A stretch of 64,000 nucleotides of DNA from Candidatus Krumholzibacteriota bacterium (lineage in GTDB: Bacteria; Krumholzibacteriota; Krumholzibacteriia; JAJRXK01): the NCBI GenBank assembly GCA_963727455.1, contig CAVSGG010000008.1, positions 384,001 to 448,000 of the forward strand, read 5' to 3'. A program made the translations under genes and the position numbers. The number at the start of each line of letters is the position of its first letter. Positions within the stretch are counted from its first letter, which is position 1. This document shows, piece by piece, positions 38,882 through 49,291 of this stretch. The notes beneath the pieces were generated by a model. It was not told the origin of the DNA and made no database searches. It saw nothing but the letters and a program-made list of their open reading frames with translations.

Positions 38882-40228
38882 TCAGGATTTCCCCAGACTG
38901 AGACCCAGCGCCCGGGCCTTCTTGTAGAGGTGGCTGCGCTCCAGTCCGAGGCGCCGTGCGGCCTCGCTCACGTTGCCCTGAGCTCCCCGGAGGGCACGGA
39001 GGATGGCTCTGCGCTCGGCCTCCTCCACGAGGGAGCGTAAGCTCGTCCCCTCCTCTCCCGTCGCGGACTCGGTACCCAGGGCGGAGAGTACCGCACTCTC
39101 TTGGATGCTCTCGCTGGTGGAGAGAATGGCGAGGCGTTCGACCATGTTGCGCAGCTCACGAATGTTGCCGGGCCAGTCGTAGCGCCCCAGGGCTCGCAGG
39201 GCCCCCGCTGCGAAGCGTCGCGGGGGCAATTTCTGCCGCGCGACTTCCAGCGCGAGAAAATGCTCCGCCAAAAGAGGCAAATCCTCCATGTGCTCCCTCA
39301 GGGGAGGCGCGAAGAGAGGAACCACTTGGAGACGGTGATAGAGGTCTTCCCGAAAGCTCCCCTCACGCACTGCTTCGCGAAGATCGCGATGGGTCGCCGC
39401 CAAGACTCGTACGTCGAGAGTTTTGACCCGGGAACTCCCCACCTTGCAGACCTCGCCGCTCTCGAGTACCCGCAACAACTTGGCCTGCATGGTGAGCGGC
39501 ATGTCTCCGATCTCGTCCAGAAAGAGGGTTCCGCCGTCGGCCGATTCGAAAGCGCCCGCGCGCGCCGTAGTCGCGCCAGTGAAGGCTCCTCGCACGTGAC
39601 CAAAGAGCTCACTCTCGATGAGCTCGGCTGGAATCGCCGCGCAGTTCAAGGCAAGAAACGGGCGCTCACGTCGTGGACTGCCCGAATGCAAGGCTTTGGC
39701 GATGAGTTCCTTGCCGGTACCGCTCTCTCCCTGGATGAGAACTCTGGCCTGGGTCGGCGCCACCTGGCTGATCCTCTCTCTCAACGCCACGATCAGAGGC
39801 GCCTCGCCCAGAATGGTCTCGCTGAAGGCCTGGGCGCGCAGACGGGCGTTCTCTCGTTGAAGCGCGGACTTGCGCAGCGCGTTGCCAAGTGTCAACAGAG
39901 TCTTGTCGCGAGTGAGTGGCTTCTCCAAAAAATCGCTCGCCCCTGCGTGCACCGCTTTCACAGCGGTCTCGATCGTGGCGTGACCGCTCATCATCACCAC
40001 GCTCAGGTTGGGGGCGCTCGCCTTGAGCTTCTCCAGCGTCGTGAGCCCATCCATGCCCGAGAGCCGAACGTCCAGGAGAACGGCATCCACCTCCCCGTTG
40101 GCGCAGCGCTCCACCGCCTCCTCCCCGCTCTCCACACAGTCGACCTCGTAACCCGCGAGCAGGAGCATCTGCTCGAGCATGGCCCTTATGTTCCGTTCAT
40201 CGTCCACGACCAAGACGCGCCGGTTCAC
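38882..40228 (-). CDS. Sigma54-dependent response regulator (NtrX/NtrC family)
   Basis: Receiver VLVVDDE...[42 protein letters not shown]-terminal HTH. GTG start at 40228. Confidence 0.95.
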   Translation of the reverse strand: MNRRVLVVDDERNIRAMLEQMLLLAGYEVDCVESGEEAVERCANGEVDAVLLDVRLSGMDGLTTLEKLKASAPNLSVVMMSGHATIETAVKAVHAGASDFLEKPLTRDKTLLTLGNALRKSALQRENARLRAQAFSETILGEAPLIVALRERISQVAPTQARVLIQGESGTGKELIAKALHSGSPRRERPFLALNCAAIPAELIESELFGHVRGAFTGATTARAGAFESADGGTLFLDEIGDMPLTMQAKLLRVLESGEVCKVGSSRVKTLDVRVLAATHRDLREAVREGSFREDLYHRLQVVPLFAPPLREHMEDLPLLAEHFLALEVARQKLPPRRFAAGALRALGRYDWPGNIRELRNMVERLAILSTSESIQESAVLSALGTESATGEEGTSLRSLVEEAERRAILRALRGAQGNVSEAARRLGLERSHLYKKARALGLSLGKS

Positions 40229-41889
40229 GTGTTCTCCTCCATGGCAAGCGAGGCCTCGCGCGGCAGATCGGCGTGGATTTCCAAACCGCCGCCCTTGCGC
40301 GTGCGCGCGGACAGAACACCCTGATGACCCTCCACCACCTGTCTCGCGATGCTCAGACCCAGACCCGTTCCTCCCTCCTTCGTCGTATGATACGGCTCGC
40401 CCCAATGAGAAGCGATTTCCTCGGGCAATCCCGGTCCGCGGTCCAAGACTGCGAACCACCACCTCTCAGCGCCAGGACCGACGCCCAGAGCCAGCTCGAT
40501 TGGAGCTTGTGGCGCCGCCTGTGCCGCATTGGCAAGCAGGTTCTGCATGACGCGCCGCATCTGTTCTGGATCCACGATCACCACTCCCACCGTGGCGCGT
40601 TCGACGATCCGGAACTCGAGCTTTGGATATTGCTCGCGCACACTGGCCAAAGCCAGTTCGGCCAGGGAGAGCGCCTGCGCAGGCTGGAAGTTGAGCCTGG
40701 GAGTGCGAGCGAAATCGCGAAATTCACTCACCAGACGATCCAAACTTCCCAACTGTTCTCTGGCCGTTCCGAGGCTTGCAACGAGCGCCCTGCGCGCGGC
40801 CGGGTCCTCTCGCTGCGCCGCGGTTTCGACGTTGTCCATGGCCAGGGTCAAAGGACTCAGGGCGTTCTTGATCTCGTGCGCCACACGGCGCGCCATTTCG
40901 CGCCAGGCCGCCCGGCGCTCTGCGGAACGCATGCGCGCCTCGCTCGATTGCAAACTCTGGGAAAGATCATGCAAGGCCTTGGCGAGCTCTTTGACCTCGG
41001 TAGGTCCGCCCGCTGCGAACTCGATTTGGCGCTCTCCGGATTCCATGCGATGCACCGCTCTCCGAAGCTCGTCCAGTGGCCGGACCAGGCCGTGGGCAAG
41101 CAGCGGGGTGAGAACGAGGACGATCAGGAAACTCAAGAGGCTCAGGTGGAGAAGCCGAGTCCGCATGGACTTCAGAACGGGCAAGGAAGGTGGCTCTCCG
41201 GGATCCAGGGCCAAGGGAAGCTCGCCTTCGACCCTCCAGCTTTGGGGCAGAGGCACGCTGACGAGGGGGTGCAACGCGATACCGAGTGTGAGACTCCTCG
41301 CCCCGGATCGGCTCGCAATCTCGGTGAGACGGCCAGGAGAGAGCGCGCTCGCGCCCACCACCAGGTAGCTCTGGTTGTCGTAAACCAGCTCTCGCACAGC
41401 CCCCACCCACCAAAGGTCGCCGCTGCTGTCGTCGACGGCCCAGGACTTCCAGGCCAGAACTTTGGTGTGAGCTTGTTCGCGCAGCATGCGGTACTGCGGG
41501 TGTGTGACCCCCTGGGCCTGGGGCTTTGGCAGCTGGCTGAGGATGCGTCCCCCGGGCGAAAGGATGAGCAGGTGATCCAGCTCGAACTGCGGCGCGTGCT
41601 CGCTCGCCCACAGACGCAAGTCGCGCCGTTCGCTTCCTCCCTGGTTCTCCGCCTCTTCGAGAAAACGGCGCAGCTCCGTCGAAGACCTCAGATCCTCCAC
41701 GGAGGCCACGGTCAACGACGCCATCCGATCTAGACGGAGCTGGACTTCGTCGACCTGCCTCGTGCGCCATTCTTGTCCTCTCCGCAAGCGCATCTCGCGT
41801 AGCGAATGATCCAAAGTGAGAAGGAGTCCACCCAGGATCAGAATCGCGGAGCTGAGGAGAGCTAAGCTAAAGCGCCATCGCAAACTCAT
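40225..41889 (-). CDS. HAMP sensor histidine kinase (NtrY-like)
   Basis: Two TMs, HAMP, H-box AWREMARRVAHEIKN, NLLANA, DRGPG, GTGLGL. Confidence 0.93.
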   Translation of the reverse strand: MSLRWRFSLALLSSAILILGGLLLTLDHSLREMRLRRGQEWRTRQVDEVQLRLDRMASLTVASVEDLRSSTELRRFLEEAENQGGSERRDLRLWASEHAPQFELDHLLILSPGGRILSQLPKPQAQGVTHPQYRMLREQAHTKVLAWKSWAVDDSSGDLWWVGAVRELVYDNQSYLVVGASALSPGRLTEIASRSGARSLTLGIALHPLVSVPLPQSWRVEGELPLALDPGEPPSLPVLKSMRTRLLHLSLLSFLIVLVLTPLLAHGLVRPLDELRRAVHRMESGERQIEFAAGGPTEVKELAKALHDLSQSLQSSEARMRSAERRAAWREMARRVAHEIKNALSPLTLAMDNVETAAQREDPAARRALVASLGTAREQLGSLDRLVSEFRDFARTPRLNFQPAQALSLAELALASVREQYPKLEFRIVERATVGVVIVDPEQMRRVMQNLLANAAQAAPQAPIELALGVGPGAERWWFAVLDRGPGLPEEIASHWGEPYHTTKEGGTGLGLSIARQVVEGHQGVLSARTRKGGGLEIHADLPREASLAMEENT

Positions 41890-43982
41890 GGTTTTAGTCC
41901 GAAGCGCTTCATCTGCTCCCGCGGCAGCAGATGGGCTGCGCTCAAGTCGGGAAGAAATCTCTGAGGATCGGCGCGCAATCCGGCCACGCGACGATCCACG
42001 AATACTCGCCCCTTCTCAGTCCACAGGGGCACGAAGATGGCCTGATTCAAGAGCCAGTCTTCCACCTCGCCCGCCAGCTCATCATCGTTCAGCGAGTTCG
42101 TCGCTTGCGCACGCCGCTCGGCATCTTTCTTCCACGAATCGAGCATCCCACACGCTTCCAAAAGAGCCATCACTTTGTCTCTCGTCGTTCCCGCCGGCAG
42201 TATCAATCGTCCGAAGTCGACTTGGTTGCCGCCATCCAAGCCACATTCACCCTGCACGGAAGCTTGTGCTGCCTCGAGCTCGCTGGCCGCGGGCGCACTC
42301 GTGGAAGTGCGTGCTCCCCGGTCGCGCGCGAGGAAGCCCAGCCGTTCCTGCAATTCCTCGCGGAGCGCACTGGGAAGCCGATCCACGGTCCCCGGGCAAC
42401 CTCGAAAAGTGAATTGCAGTTCTTCTCCTTGCAAGGAACCCACTTCCTCTGGTTCGTTGGCTCGCTCTCTCCCGCTCAGGGGCAGACGCGGCGCGAGTTC
42501 GGCGCGGCTCAGACCAAAGAGCTCGAAGGGACCCAGCGATCGCAGCCAGGCCGCAACGGTCCGGCGCCGCTGCAGAGGCATGGCGGGAGAGAGTCTGGCG
42601 ATTCCCCAAACCGGCGCGGCCGGAACCACTTTCCAGCGCGCGGTATCGCCGAAGACGAGAGGCTTCTTGGCGGCCGACGCCAGCCAGTCGGGAAACTCCT
42701 TCGCCAAGGGACTGAAGCGGATCACGTGCATGTCCGGATCGAGGTGGTGAAGCCGCAACTCGGGCAGGAGGCGCCAACTCGCCCTCCAGAACGAAAGGGG
42801 AGCGTAGCAGGCGGCACGGGGCGTGAAATCGGCGAACTCCCCCCAGACGTGCGCGCGATGATGCGGGTTGAGATATAGCTCATGGGTGATCGTCAGATCT
42901 TCCCCGAGTTCATCCGGAACTAAGGGCCAGGCAAAGTCGCTCGCGATCCGTACCGCCTCCATCCGCGTCGCTTGTCCGCGGGACGGGGGCTCAGGAAGAG
43001 TGCGCATGGTGGCGGCGAAGAGTTGCAGAACCGAGCCGCCATCGGGACCCACCCGCAACACGAGCCAGGTATCCGGAAGGTTCCAATTGTCCGGGGCGGC
43101 GACGATGCTCACGATCTGTGATTCACTCGCCTCAGCAAGAGGGAGTCGCATGCCCTCACCACCTCGGCTCAAGGACCACTGCTGCAGTTCTCCTTCGCCG
43201 CGGGGCAGATCCGCATTGCTCAGGACGAGACGGAGATCGCGCTGCATGAGCAGAAGCGGAGGCGAGAGCCCGTGGGTGAGCGCTCGAGCCAGTACCTTGC
43301 GCTGGATTGCCTCCAACGAAGCGAAGGGCTTCAGAGTCCTCGGCTTCAATTGCAACGAGCTTCTGTGCCACTCGAGTTTTCGCAGGCCCTGCCCTGTGTC
43401 CAGGAATACCTCACCCTTCAGTCGGAGCAGCGCGCGCGAAGGCCCCGGTTCCAAAGTGGCCAAAGGGGGGTTCTCTTTCGCATCCAAAGGCCAGGTATAC
43501 TGCAAGCTCTTCGCGACGGCGACTTTGAACGGCTGGCTGCGCCACATGCGCCGCGCCGAACAAATCACCAAATTCAGCTCCGGCTCGAAGAGTCCATTGC
43601 TCTCCACCATCCAGACCACTGCTCTGGAGGAGCTCGAGCGTAACCAGGCCTGGATTGCGGCTGCAGTATCCAGCTCCTCGGGAGGCTGCAGAGGTCGCAG
43701 GTGTCCATTGCGAGCGGCGAGAGCGAAGCAGAGCGCGGATGCCTCCCAGTTTCCGTTGCCGCTCACCGCCGGCGGAATCAGCCACCGCTGCTGGGATTCG
43801 GGAGCAACGCGAGATCTGATCGCATCATGTACCGCTTCGGTGAGCTGCTCGGCGATGTGATCGATGAGAGGAGATTGCAGGATTTCGCGTTCTCGTGACC
43901 GCTCAGAAAGAACGAGTCCCCGGGGACCCACGCATCCGAGAAAACCCTGCAGGGCGAGTAGCAGGATGATTCCTCGCAGCAT
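41886..43982 (-). CDS. Hypothetical lipoprotein; C-terminus resembles family-5 solute-binding proteins
   Basis: Lipobox FLGC. Tail VEDWLLNQAIFVPLW...RRVAGL. ATGA overlap with the kinase. Start may be 44006. Confidence 0.55.
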   Translation of the reverse strand: MLRGIILLLALQGFLGCVGPRGLVLSERSREREILQSPLIDHIAEQLTEAVHDAIRSRVAPESQQRWLIPPAVSGNGNWEASALCFALAARNGHLRPLQPPEELDTAAAIQAWLRSSSSRAVVWMVESNGLFEPELNLVICSARRMWRSQPFKVAVAKSLQYTWPLDAKENPPLATLEPGPSRALLRLKGEVFLDTGQGLRKLEWHRSSLQLKPRTLKPFASLEAIQRKVLARALTHGLSPPLLLMQRDLRLVLSNADLPRGEGELQQWSLSRGGEGMRLPLAEASESQIVSIVAAPDNWNLPDTWLVLRVGPDGGSVLQLFAATMRTLPEPPSRGQATRMEAVRIASDFAWPLVPDELGEDLTITHELYLNPHHRAHVWGEFADFTPRAACYAPLSFWRASWRLLPELRLHHLDPDMHVIRFSPLAKEFPDWLASAAKKPLVFGDTARWKVVPAAPVWGIARLSPAMPLQRRRTVAAWLRSLGPFELFGLSRAELAPRLPLSGRERANEPEEVGSLQGEELQFTFRGCPGTVDRLPSALREELQERLGFLARDRGARTSTSAPAASELEAAQASVQGECGLDGGNQVDFGRLILPAGTTRDKVMALLEACGMLDSWKKDAERRAQATNSLNDDELAGEVEDWLLNQAIFVPLWTEKGRVFVDRRVAGLRADPQRFLPDLSAAHLLPREQMKRFGLKP

Positions 43983-44016
43983 GACCTCGAGCCCGGTGTC
44001 TTTCACGAATTCGCTC

Positions 44017-46440
44017 TCACTTCTTGCGTTCGCTCTCCATCTGGAATTTCGGTTGCTTCACCTTCGGGGGAGCGGAGCGATACCAGCGCGTCTCACTGGA
44101 ATGCAGTTGCCACCAATCGATCCAGAAAGCGTTCAGGGCGGCGGACTCCGCGCTTCCTTCGTCGGGCCCGGCCTGCAGAGTGATGCGCCGAAGGAGCTTG
44201 CGAATGAGGGCCTGCACCTGGGGATAAGGGATCGCCACCATCATTCCCTTTTCGCCGGGAAGAGGACGTAGCGGGATACGCCGGTAGGCGGGAGAGAATC
44301 CCTTGGCGATCGCGGCTTCGCGGTCGATCGGTAGCCACTCCATCAACTCGGCGACGAGCTGGGACTGCTGGGGTCCAATCTGGTCCAAGAGCAGATCTTG
44401 AAATCCGTCGGCCACGTAGAGCTGTTTCAAAAACTGTCCCATGGGCTTGCCACCCTCTTCCACCGGGCGGCCGAGTCCGTCAAGCCATGGCGCGAGGCTG
44501 GGCGCGGCCTTCGGATCACGCCAGTAGCGGGCCTGGAAGCGAGCCTCCCGCCAGAAGCTCGCGTAGCTCTTGATGACACCGTCCTCCTCGGCTCCACTGG
44601 GAACGAAGGAGCACACGCGGCCCAAAATGGCCAAGGGGATGGCGCGCAGTTCTTCCGCACGGTGACCCACCATCATGCCCGCACCCGCGTCCCAGTGCCG
44701 GTGGGGGAAGCCAAGACTCTCAAAATCGACTTTGTACAACATGATCAGGTGCATGCACTCGCTGACCAAGAGGCCGTCACGTCCGGGGGCGAGGGCCTGA
44801 AGCAATGCGTGGAGACCCAGGGGGTCGTCCGCGAGAGTCTCCAGGAGATCCTCAACCCCGCGTGCCTCGGGACCGGGCGGAGCTCTGAGCTCGCGCAACC
44901 AAGTCGTGGGATCAGGCCGCTCTTCGGGGTCGAACCAGAACTGCGCATCCATTCCTCGGTCCACCCACCAAGCATCCCATAGCTCGACGCGGGCCGCCAC
45001 GACGCTGGCCCGCGCGAAGCCGGAAGTCTTGGAGAGCTCGTCGCGCGCAATCGCTCTCTGCATGCGCGCATCACGTCCCACGTCGGGATCGAGCGCAATT
45101 CGCTGCAACAACTCCACGCCTTGACGGCGGAGATCACTCCAAGCCGGTGGCCTCTGAGAGGGGCTGGGACCGAAATCATGGACCTCGTAGAGCCCTTGAA
45201 TCCTCTGGCGCGCTTGGGCGTCACTCTCATCCAGGAGAGCGAGAAGCCGGTGGGTGAGACGACGCTGACGCCGGTCCGCGCGCAAAAGCACCCGCTTGGA
45301 GAGCGTCGAATCCGCCGCCATCGCGTAAAGCAGTCCCGGCAGACCCGAAGAGCTCTTCCAATCACTCTCTGCGCCCAAGGAAGCGAGCACTTCAGCTTCA
45401 CTTTTCAAGAGAGGGGCCTGCGTGCTCGTCTCAGCGCCTGCGAGCGACGGTGTGGCGGGCGCGAACGAGGCCCAGGCAAGAAGGAACAGGAAGAAGAGCA
45501 GCGCCGAGGTCGACGCTCGTTTGCGGGGCGAACTCAATTCGGAAGGGGCAGGACCCTCACGCCGCGCTTTGTAATCACGGTACGCCCTGCGCAGCGCCTT
45601 GAAACCCGAGAGGACCATTCCACTCTGTACTGCCGGGCGCCAAAGGCGCAGCCACAGCAGAAGGAGCGCCCACCGGCTCGGAGCACCCTTGGGGCCAAAG
45701 CGACGCACCAGAGTCAGGCGGCTACGCAAGTTGTAGTAGAGAAACAGAGGAGAGGAAACGCGCGTGGTGGCCGAGACCTTGTGGAGTAGTCGCGCCTTTG
45801 GCGCAACCACGATTTCATACCCCGCCTTTTCGGCCCTGAGACAGAGGTCCACGTCCTCGCAAAAGTGAAAGTACCTGGGGTCGAGATCTCCGACTTCCTC
45901 CAGTAGCGCACGGGATAGAAGCATGGCGCAACCGGTGACGTAGAAATGCAGATTGCCGCGCTTCTTGAGCTCGCGGTCAGGGAGCGGAGACTGGACGTGC
46001 CGTACGCGAGCACTCGCGATGTCGAAGCGTCCGCCGCCGAAGGCCCAGAGACGCTCGGGAGCGTCGTAATAGGCAATGCTCGCTCCCACCACTCCGACCT
46101 TCTCCCCGCGATTGGCGCGCTCGAGCATGTGCCTCAAGAAATCGGGCTCCACTACCGTGTCGTTATTGAGAAGGAGAACGAAGCGCGCCCCCCGTTCGAG
46201 CGCCCAGCGAATGCCGGCGTTGTTACCGCCGGCGAAGCCCAGATTGGCGCCGGTCTGAAGGATCGCCAGCTCGGGGTGAGCCGCGCGGATGGCGGTCTCG
46301 CTGCCGTCGCTACTTCCGTTGTCCACCACGAGAATCTCGTGGCTCTCGCCCTCCAGCGCTTTCAAGCTCTCAAGGCAGGCGAGCGTGTCCTCCTTGCCGT
46401 TCCAGTTGAGCACGACGATGACGATTTCCGGCGACGACAC
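44017..46440 (-). CDS. Glycosyltransferase family 2 fused to a signal-like segment and an unknown domain
   Basis: IVVLNWNG, VVDNGSSD, NLGFAGGNN, LLNND, GCAML, EDVDLC, followed by about 500 additional in-frame residues. Confidence 0.85.
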   Translation of the reverse strand: MSSPEIVIVVLNWNGKEDTLACLESLKALEGESHEILVVDNGSSDGSETAIRAAHPELAILQTGANLGFAGGNNAGIRWALERGARFVLLLNNDTVVEPDFLRHMLERANRGEKVGVVGASIAYYDAPERLWAFGGGRFDIASARVRHVQSPLPDRELKKRGNLHFYVTGCAMLLSRALLEEVGDLDPRYFHFCEDVDLCLRAEKAGYEIVVAPKARLLHKVSATTRVSSPLFLYYNLRSRLTLVRRFGPKGAPSRWALLLLWLRLWRPAVQSGMVLSGFKALRRAYRDYKARREGPAPSELSSPRKRASTSALLFFLFLLAWASFAPATPSLAGAETSTQAPLLKSEAEVLASLGAESDWKSSSGLPGLLYAMAADSTLSKRVLLRADRRQRRLTHRLLALLDESDAQARQRIQGLYEVHDFGPSPSQRPPAWSDLRRQGVELLQRIALDPDVGRDARMQRAIARDELSKTSGFARASVVAARVELWDAWWVDRGMDAQFWFDPEERPDPTTWLRELRAPPGPEARGVEDLLETLADDPLGLHALLQALAPGRDGLLVSECMHLIMLYKVDFESLGFPHRHWDAGAGMMVGHRAEELRAIPLAILGRVCSFVPSGAEEDGVIKSYASFWREARFQARYWRDPKAAPSLAPWLDGLGRPVEEGGKPMGQFLKQLYVADGFQDLLLDQIGPQQSQLVAELMEWLPIDREAAIAKGFSPAYRRIPLRPLPGEKGMMVAIPYPQVQALIRKLLRRITLQAGPDEGSAESAALNAFWIDWWQLHSSETRWYRSAPPKVKQPKFQMESERKK

Positions 46441-46491
46441 CCTGCACCTCTCGAGATGGACGAAACAGGTGACCTCGGCTAGGCTAGGGAT

Positions 46492-47187
46492 ATGACGCGA
46501 ATCAGGCAAGACACGAGCGAAGACTCTCGATTCTTTGCGTTGCTGAACTCGGCTCCACGAGCTCTACTCTGGAGCTGCGCCATTCTCCTTGGCGGGCTGG
46601 GCTGCCAATCCCAACCCGAGGGAAAGCTCTGCCAACCCGCCCAGCTGGACGATCCTGCCGCCTATACCAAAAGCGTCGAAGAGGCACGGAGCGAGCGGGA
46701 CTCGCTCTTTCATCTTCCGGACTCCAGCCCGGTTGCCAAGGAAGACATTCCCGACTGGAAGGGGCTCGAGTTCTACCCCGTCGAGCCCAGCTACGTACTC
46801 GACGGACCGCTCATCCGCCGGGCGAAGGCCGTTCCGGTGGAAATCCCCGACAGCGGGGGAGAGACGCGCAAGGCCGAAAACATCGGCTACTTCCTCCTGG
46901 ATCTCGGTGCCGGTCCGGAGAAGCTGAGCGTATTCCACATGCTCGAGAGCGACTCCCTCTTCTTACCCTTCCTCGATGCCACCAGCGGAGCGGAAACCTA
47001 TCCCGCGGGCCGTTACCTCGAGCTGGAGAAGCTCGGCGACGACCGGTACCGCCTCGATTTCAACCTGGCGTACAATCCCTATTGCGCCTACGGGGGAGAC
47101 TGGTCCTGTCCGATCACCCCCGAGAGCAATCGTCTGAAGGCGGCGGTGCGCGCGGGGGAACGGGGCTACAAGTTTCTTCACGAATGA
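46492..47187 (+). CDS. DUF1684 family lipoprotein
   Basis: LGC lipobox, LPFLDATSG.ETYPAGRYL, LDFNLAYNPYCAY...SCPITP..N. Confidence 0.9.
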   Translation: MTRIRQDTSEDSRFFALLNSAPRALLWSCAILLGGLGCQSQPEGKLCQPAQLDDPAAYTKSVEEARSERDSLFHLPDSSPVAKEDIPDWKGLEFYPVEPSYVLDGPLIRRAKAVPVEIPDSGGETRKAENIGYFLLDLGAGPEKLSVFHMLESDSLFLPFLDATSGAETYPAGRYLELEKLGDDRYRLDFNLAYNPYCAYGGDWSCPITPESNRLKAAVRAGERGYKFLHE

Positions 47188-47189
47188 GC

Positions 47190-49226
47190 TCAGGGAGCTT
47201 GATCACGGCGGTGTTCCTTCGACCGCCGGGGGAGGTTGAGGCACACTCGCATACCGGGTTCCTCGGGTCTGTCGAGCCGGAGAATGACCTCGTCGCCGAA
47301 GAGTTCCTGCGCAGCTCTGAGGACGCGCGAGAGTCCTCCCTCACCGCGTAGCGCATCCTGGTGCAGATCGCCGAGAAAGCCCCGGCCATTGTCTTCCACC
47401 GTCAGCGAGCATCGTCCACCTTGTGCGGCAGCGCTGACATAGATCTTCCCCGTGTGCAATTCCCGCGAGAGTCCGTGGATGAGCGCGTTGTCGATCAAGG
47501 GTTGCAACACCCGGCGCGGCACCAGCTGTTCCTTGAGGGCCGGATCGAAACTGATGCCCACCTCCAGGCGATTGCGCAAACGAAGTTTCTCCAGCGCGAG
47601 TAGATCCCGAGCAAAGGCCATCTCTTCGCTCAGGGAAACGCCGCTCCCGTCCTTTTCCAGGATGTAGGCATACGCGCGCCGAAGAGACTTGAGAATGTCT
47701 CTCGCAGCCTGCGGATCGCGTTCCCCGACTTCGGAGCAGATCCGCAGGATCGACTCCACGAGTTCCGGGTCGAGTCGCTCACGCATCGCAACCAGCTCGC
47801 GACGAGCGGAAGCGAGTTCTCTTCGGCTCACCGCCAATTCGCCACGCAACTCCTCCACTTCGCTCGCGATGTCATGCACCCGGGCGCGCGCCGCGGCGCC
47901 GCTGCGCGCCTCGAATTCACCCGCGCCCATCGCATCGAGCGCGCTACCCAAGAGTTCGGAGACGACCTCGAGATACTGGCGTTCGGCGTCGAACCAGGGG
48001 TAGCAGTTGCGACGTTCTCCGAGCAGCAACCAGCCCAGGGGCCGACCTGCCGCCGCCAGAGAAACCCGTAGCCGATAGGATTGCTCCTCGTCCTTCAAGC
48101 TCTCGGCCCATTGCCGATTGCGCGGGGTATCGCCCAAGAGTAACCGCAAGGACTTCGGGTGAACTGCTTCCTGAATGTCCAGAAGAGCCCCGCGCTCGAG
48201 TTCCAGGAGAGAGCGAGATCGACTCAATCTCTGCGCGAAGCGGTGCACCGCTCTCCGCAAATCCACGTCGCGATCGAAGAGGACGCGATCCATCCAGGGG
48301 CGGAGCGCTCGATCCAGCGCCGGCCCTATCGCGATCGCAGCGCCCAAAACCAAAAGACGCGTGAGACTGGTCGCATAGCGTCCCCAGCTCGGCTCGCCGA
48401 ACTGAATGCGGTTGAATACGAAGAGAACCATGAGAGACAGAGCGGTCCAGAGCAGCAAGCGAATCCCGTCACGGATGTAGCGATCCATGAAGGAGAACTC
48501 GTAACGCACCAGCCCGAAGAACACCACGAAGGAGACACTCTGTAGATGCAGAATTGGCAGAACCGCGAGTCGAACTCTCGCTGGATGGGAATCGTGCCAC
48601 AGCGCGACGAAGAACACGCAAAGAAGTAATCCGAGCAGCATCAAACCTCGACCGAGGTTGGCGATGCCCACCCGTTCTTGCCCCGGACGCGCGGGAAAGA
48701 GAACCAGAATGAGGAACACCAGGGATCCCGCGAAAAGGTAGGCCGAGAGCGGCCCCAAGAGAGCACGCCACTCACCCACCTGCGCATGGAGCGTGCTGGT
48801 GCCTCCCGCGTAATAGGCAAGCGCCAGAACGAGCACCCACCAAGCCGCCACCACGTAGATTTTTCGATAGCGCTGTACATGGGTGATGATGGCGGCGCGC
48901 AGGCTCGGCGGAGGTCGGCGATACAACCTGCGAAAATTGGCGAAGAGCTGAAAGAAGATCGTGAGAACCAGAAGTTGCAGCATCAGCTGCAAGCGCGTGA
49001 GCCAGAGGGCGCGATGGGGTGCGAGACCTCCGGGCGCTAAAGCCATGGAGTATTCGAAAAGCTGCAGGAGGTGCCAGGCCGCTAATACGAAGTTGGCCGT
49101 GGCGAAAATCTTGACTTCGGTCCCACGCGAGCGACGCGCCAGGATCAATAACGCGAGGCTCAAATGCAACGCCGTTGCGAGCGAGTAAACGAGCAGCGAG
49201 CCCAATATCAGATCTGCTCTATTCAT
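47190..49226 (-). CDS. Multi-TM LytS/YehU-type histidine kinase homologue lacking the H-box His
   Basis: SLSEEMAF...EKLR..NRL, LQPLIDNALIHG, VEDNGRG. H-box reads RLDPELVES in place of QINPHFLFN. Confidence 0.8.
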   Translation of the reverse strand: MNRADLILGSLLVYSLATALHLSLALLILARRSRGTEVKIFATANFVLAAWHLLQLFEYSMALAPGGLAPHRALWLTRLQLMLQLLVLTIFFQLFANFRRLYRRPPPSLRAAIITHVQRYRKIYVVAAWWVLVLALAYYAGGTSTLHAQVGEWRALLGPLSAYLFAGSLVFLILVLFPARPGQERVGIANLGRGLMLLGLLLCVFFVALWHDSHPARVRLAVLPILHLQSVSFVVFFGLVRYEFSFMDRYIRDGIRLLLWTALSLMVLFVFNRIQFGEPSWGRYATSLTRLLVLGAAIAIGPALDRALRPWMDRVLFDRDVDLRRAVHRFAQRLSRSRSLLELERGALLDIQEAVHPKSLRLLLGDTPRNRQWAESLKDEEQSYRLRVSLAAAGRPLGWLLLGERRNCYPWFDAERQYLEVVSELLGSALDAMGAGEFEARSGAAARARVHDIASEVEELRGELAVSRRELASARRELVAMRERLDPELVESILRICSEVGERDPQAARDILKSLRRAYAYILEKDGSGVSLSEEMAFARDLLALEKLRLRNRLEVGISFDPALKEQLVPRRVLQPLIDNALIHGLSRELHTGKIYVSAAAQGGRCSLTVEDNGRGFLGDLHQDALRGEGGLSRVLRAAQELFGDEVILRLDRPEEPGMRVCLNLPRRSKEHRRDQAP

Positions 49227-49291
49227 CCTAAGGAGTATAGCAGACAATGCTGCAAAGAGGCGTGACTCCATTGCGCACGAAGGAGGACTCC

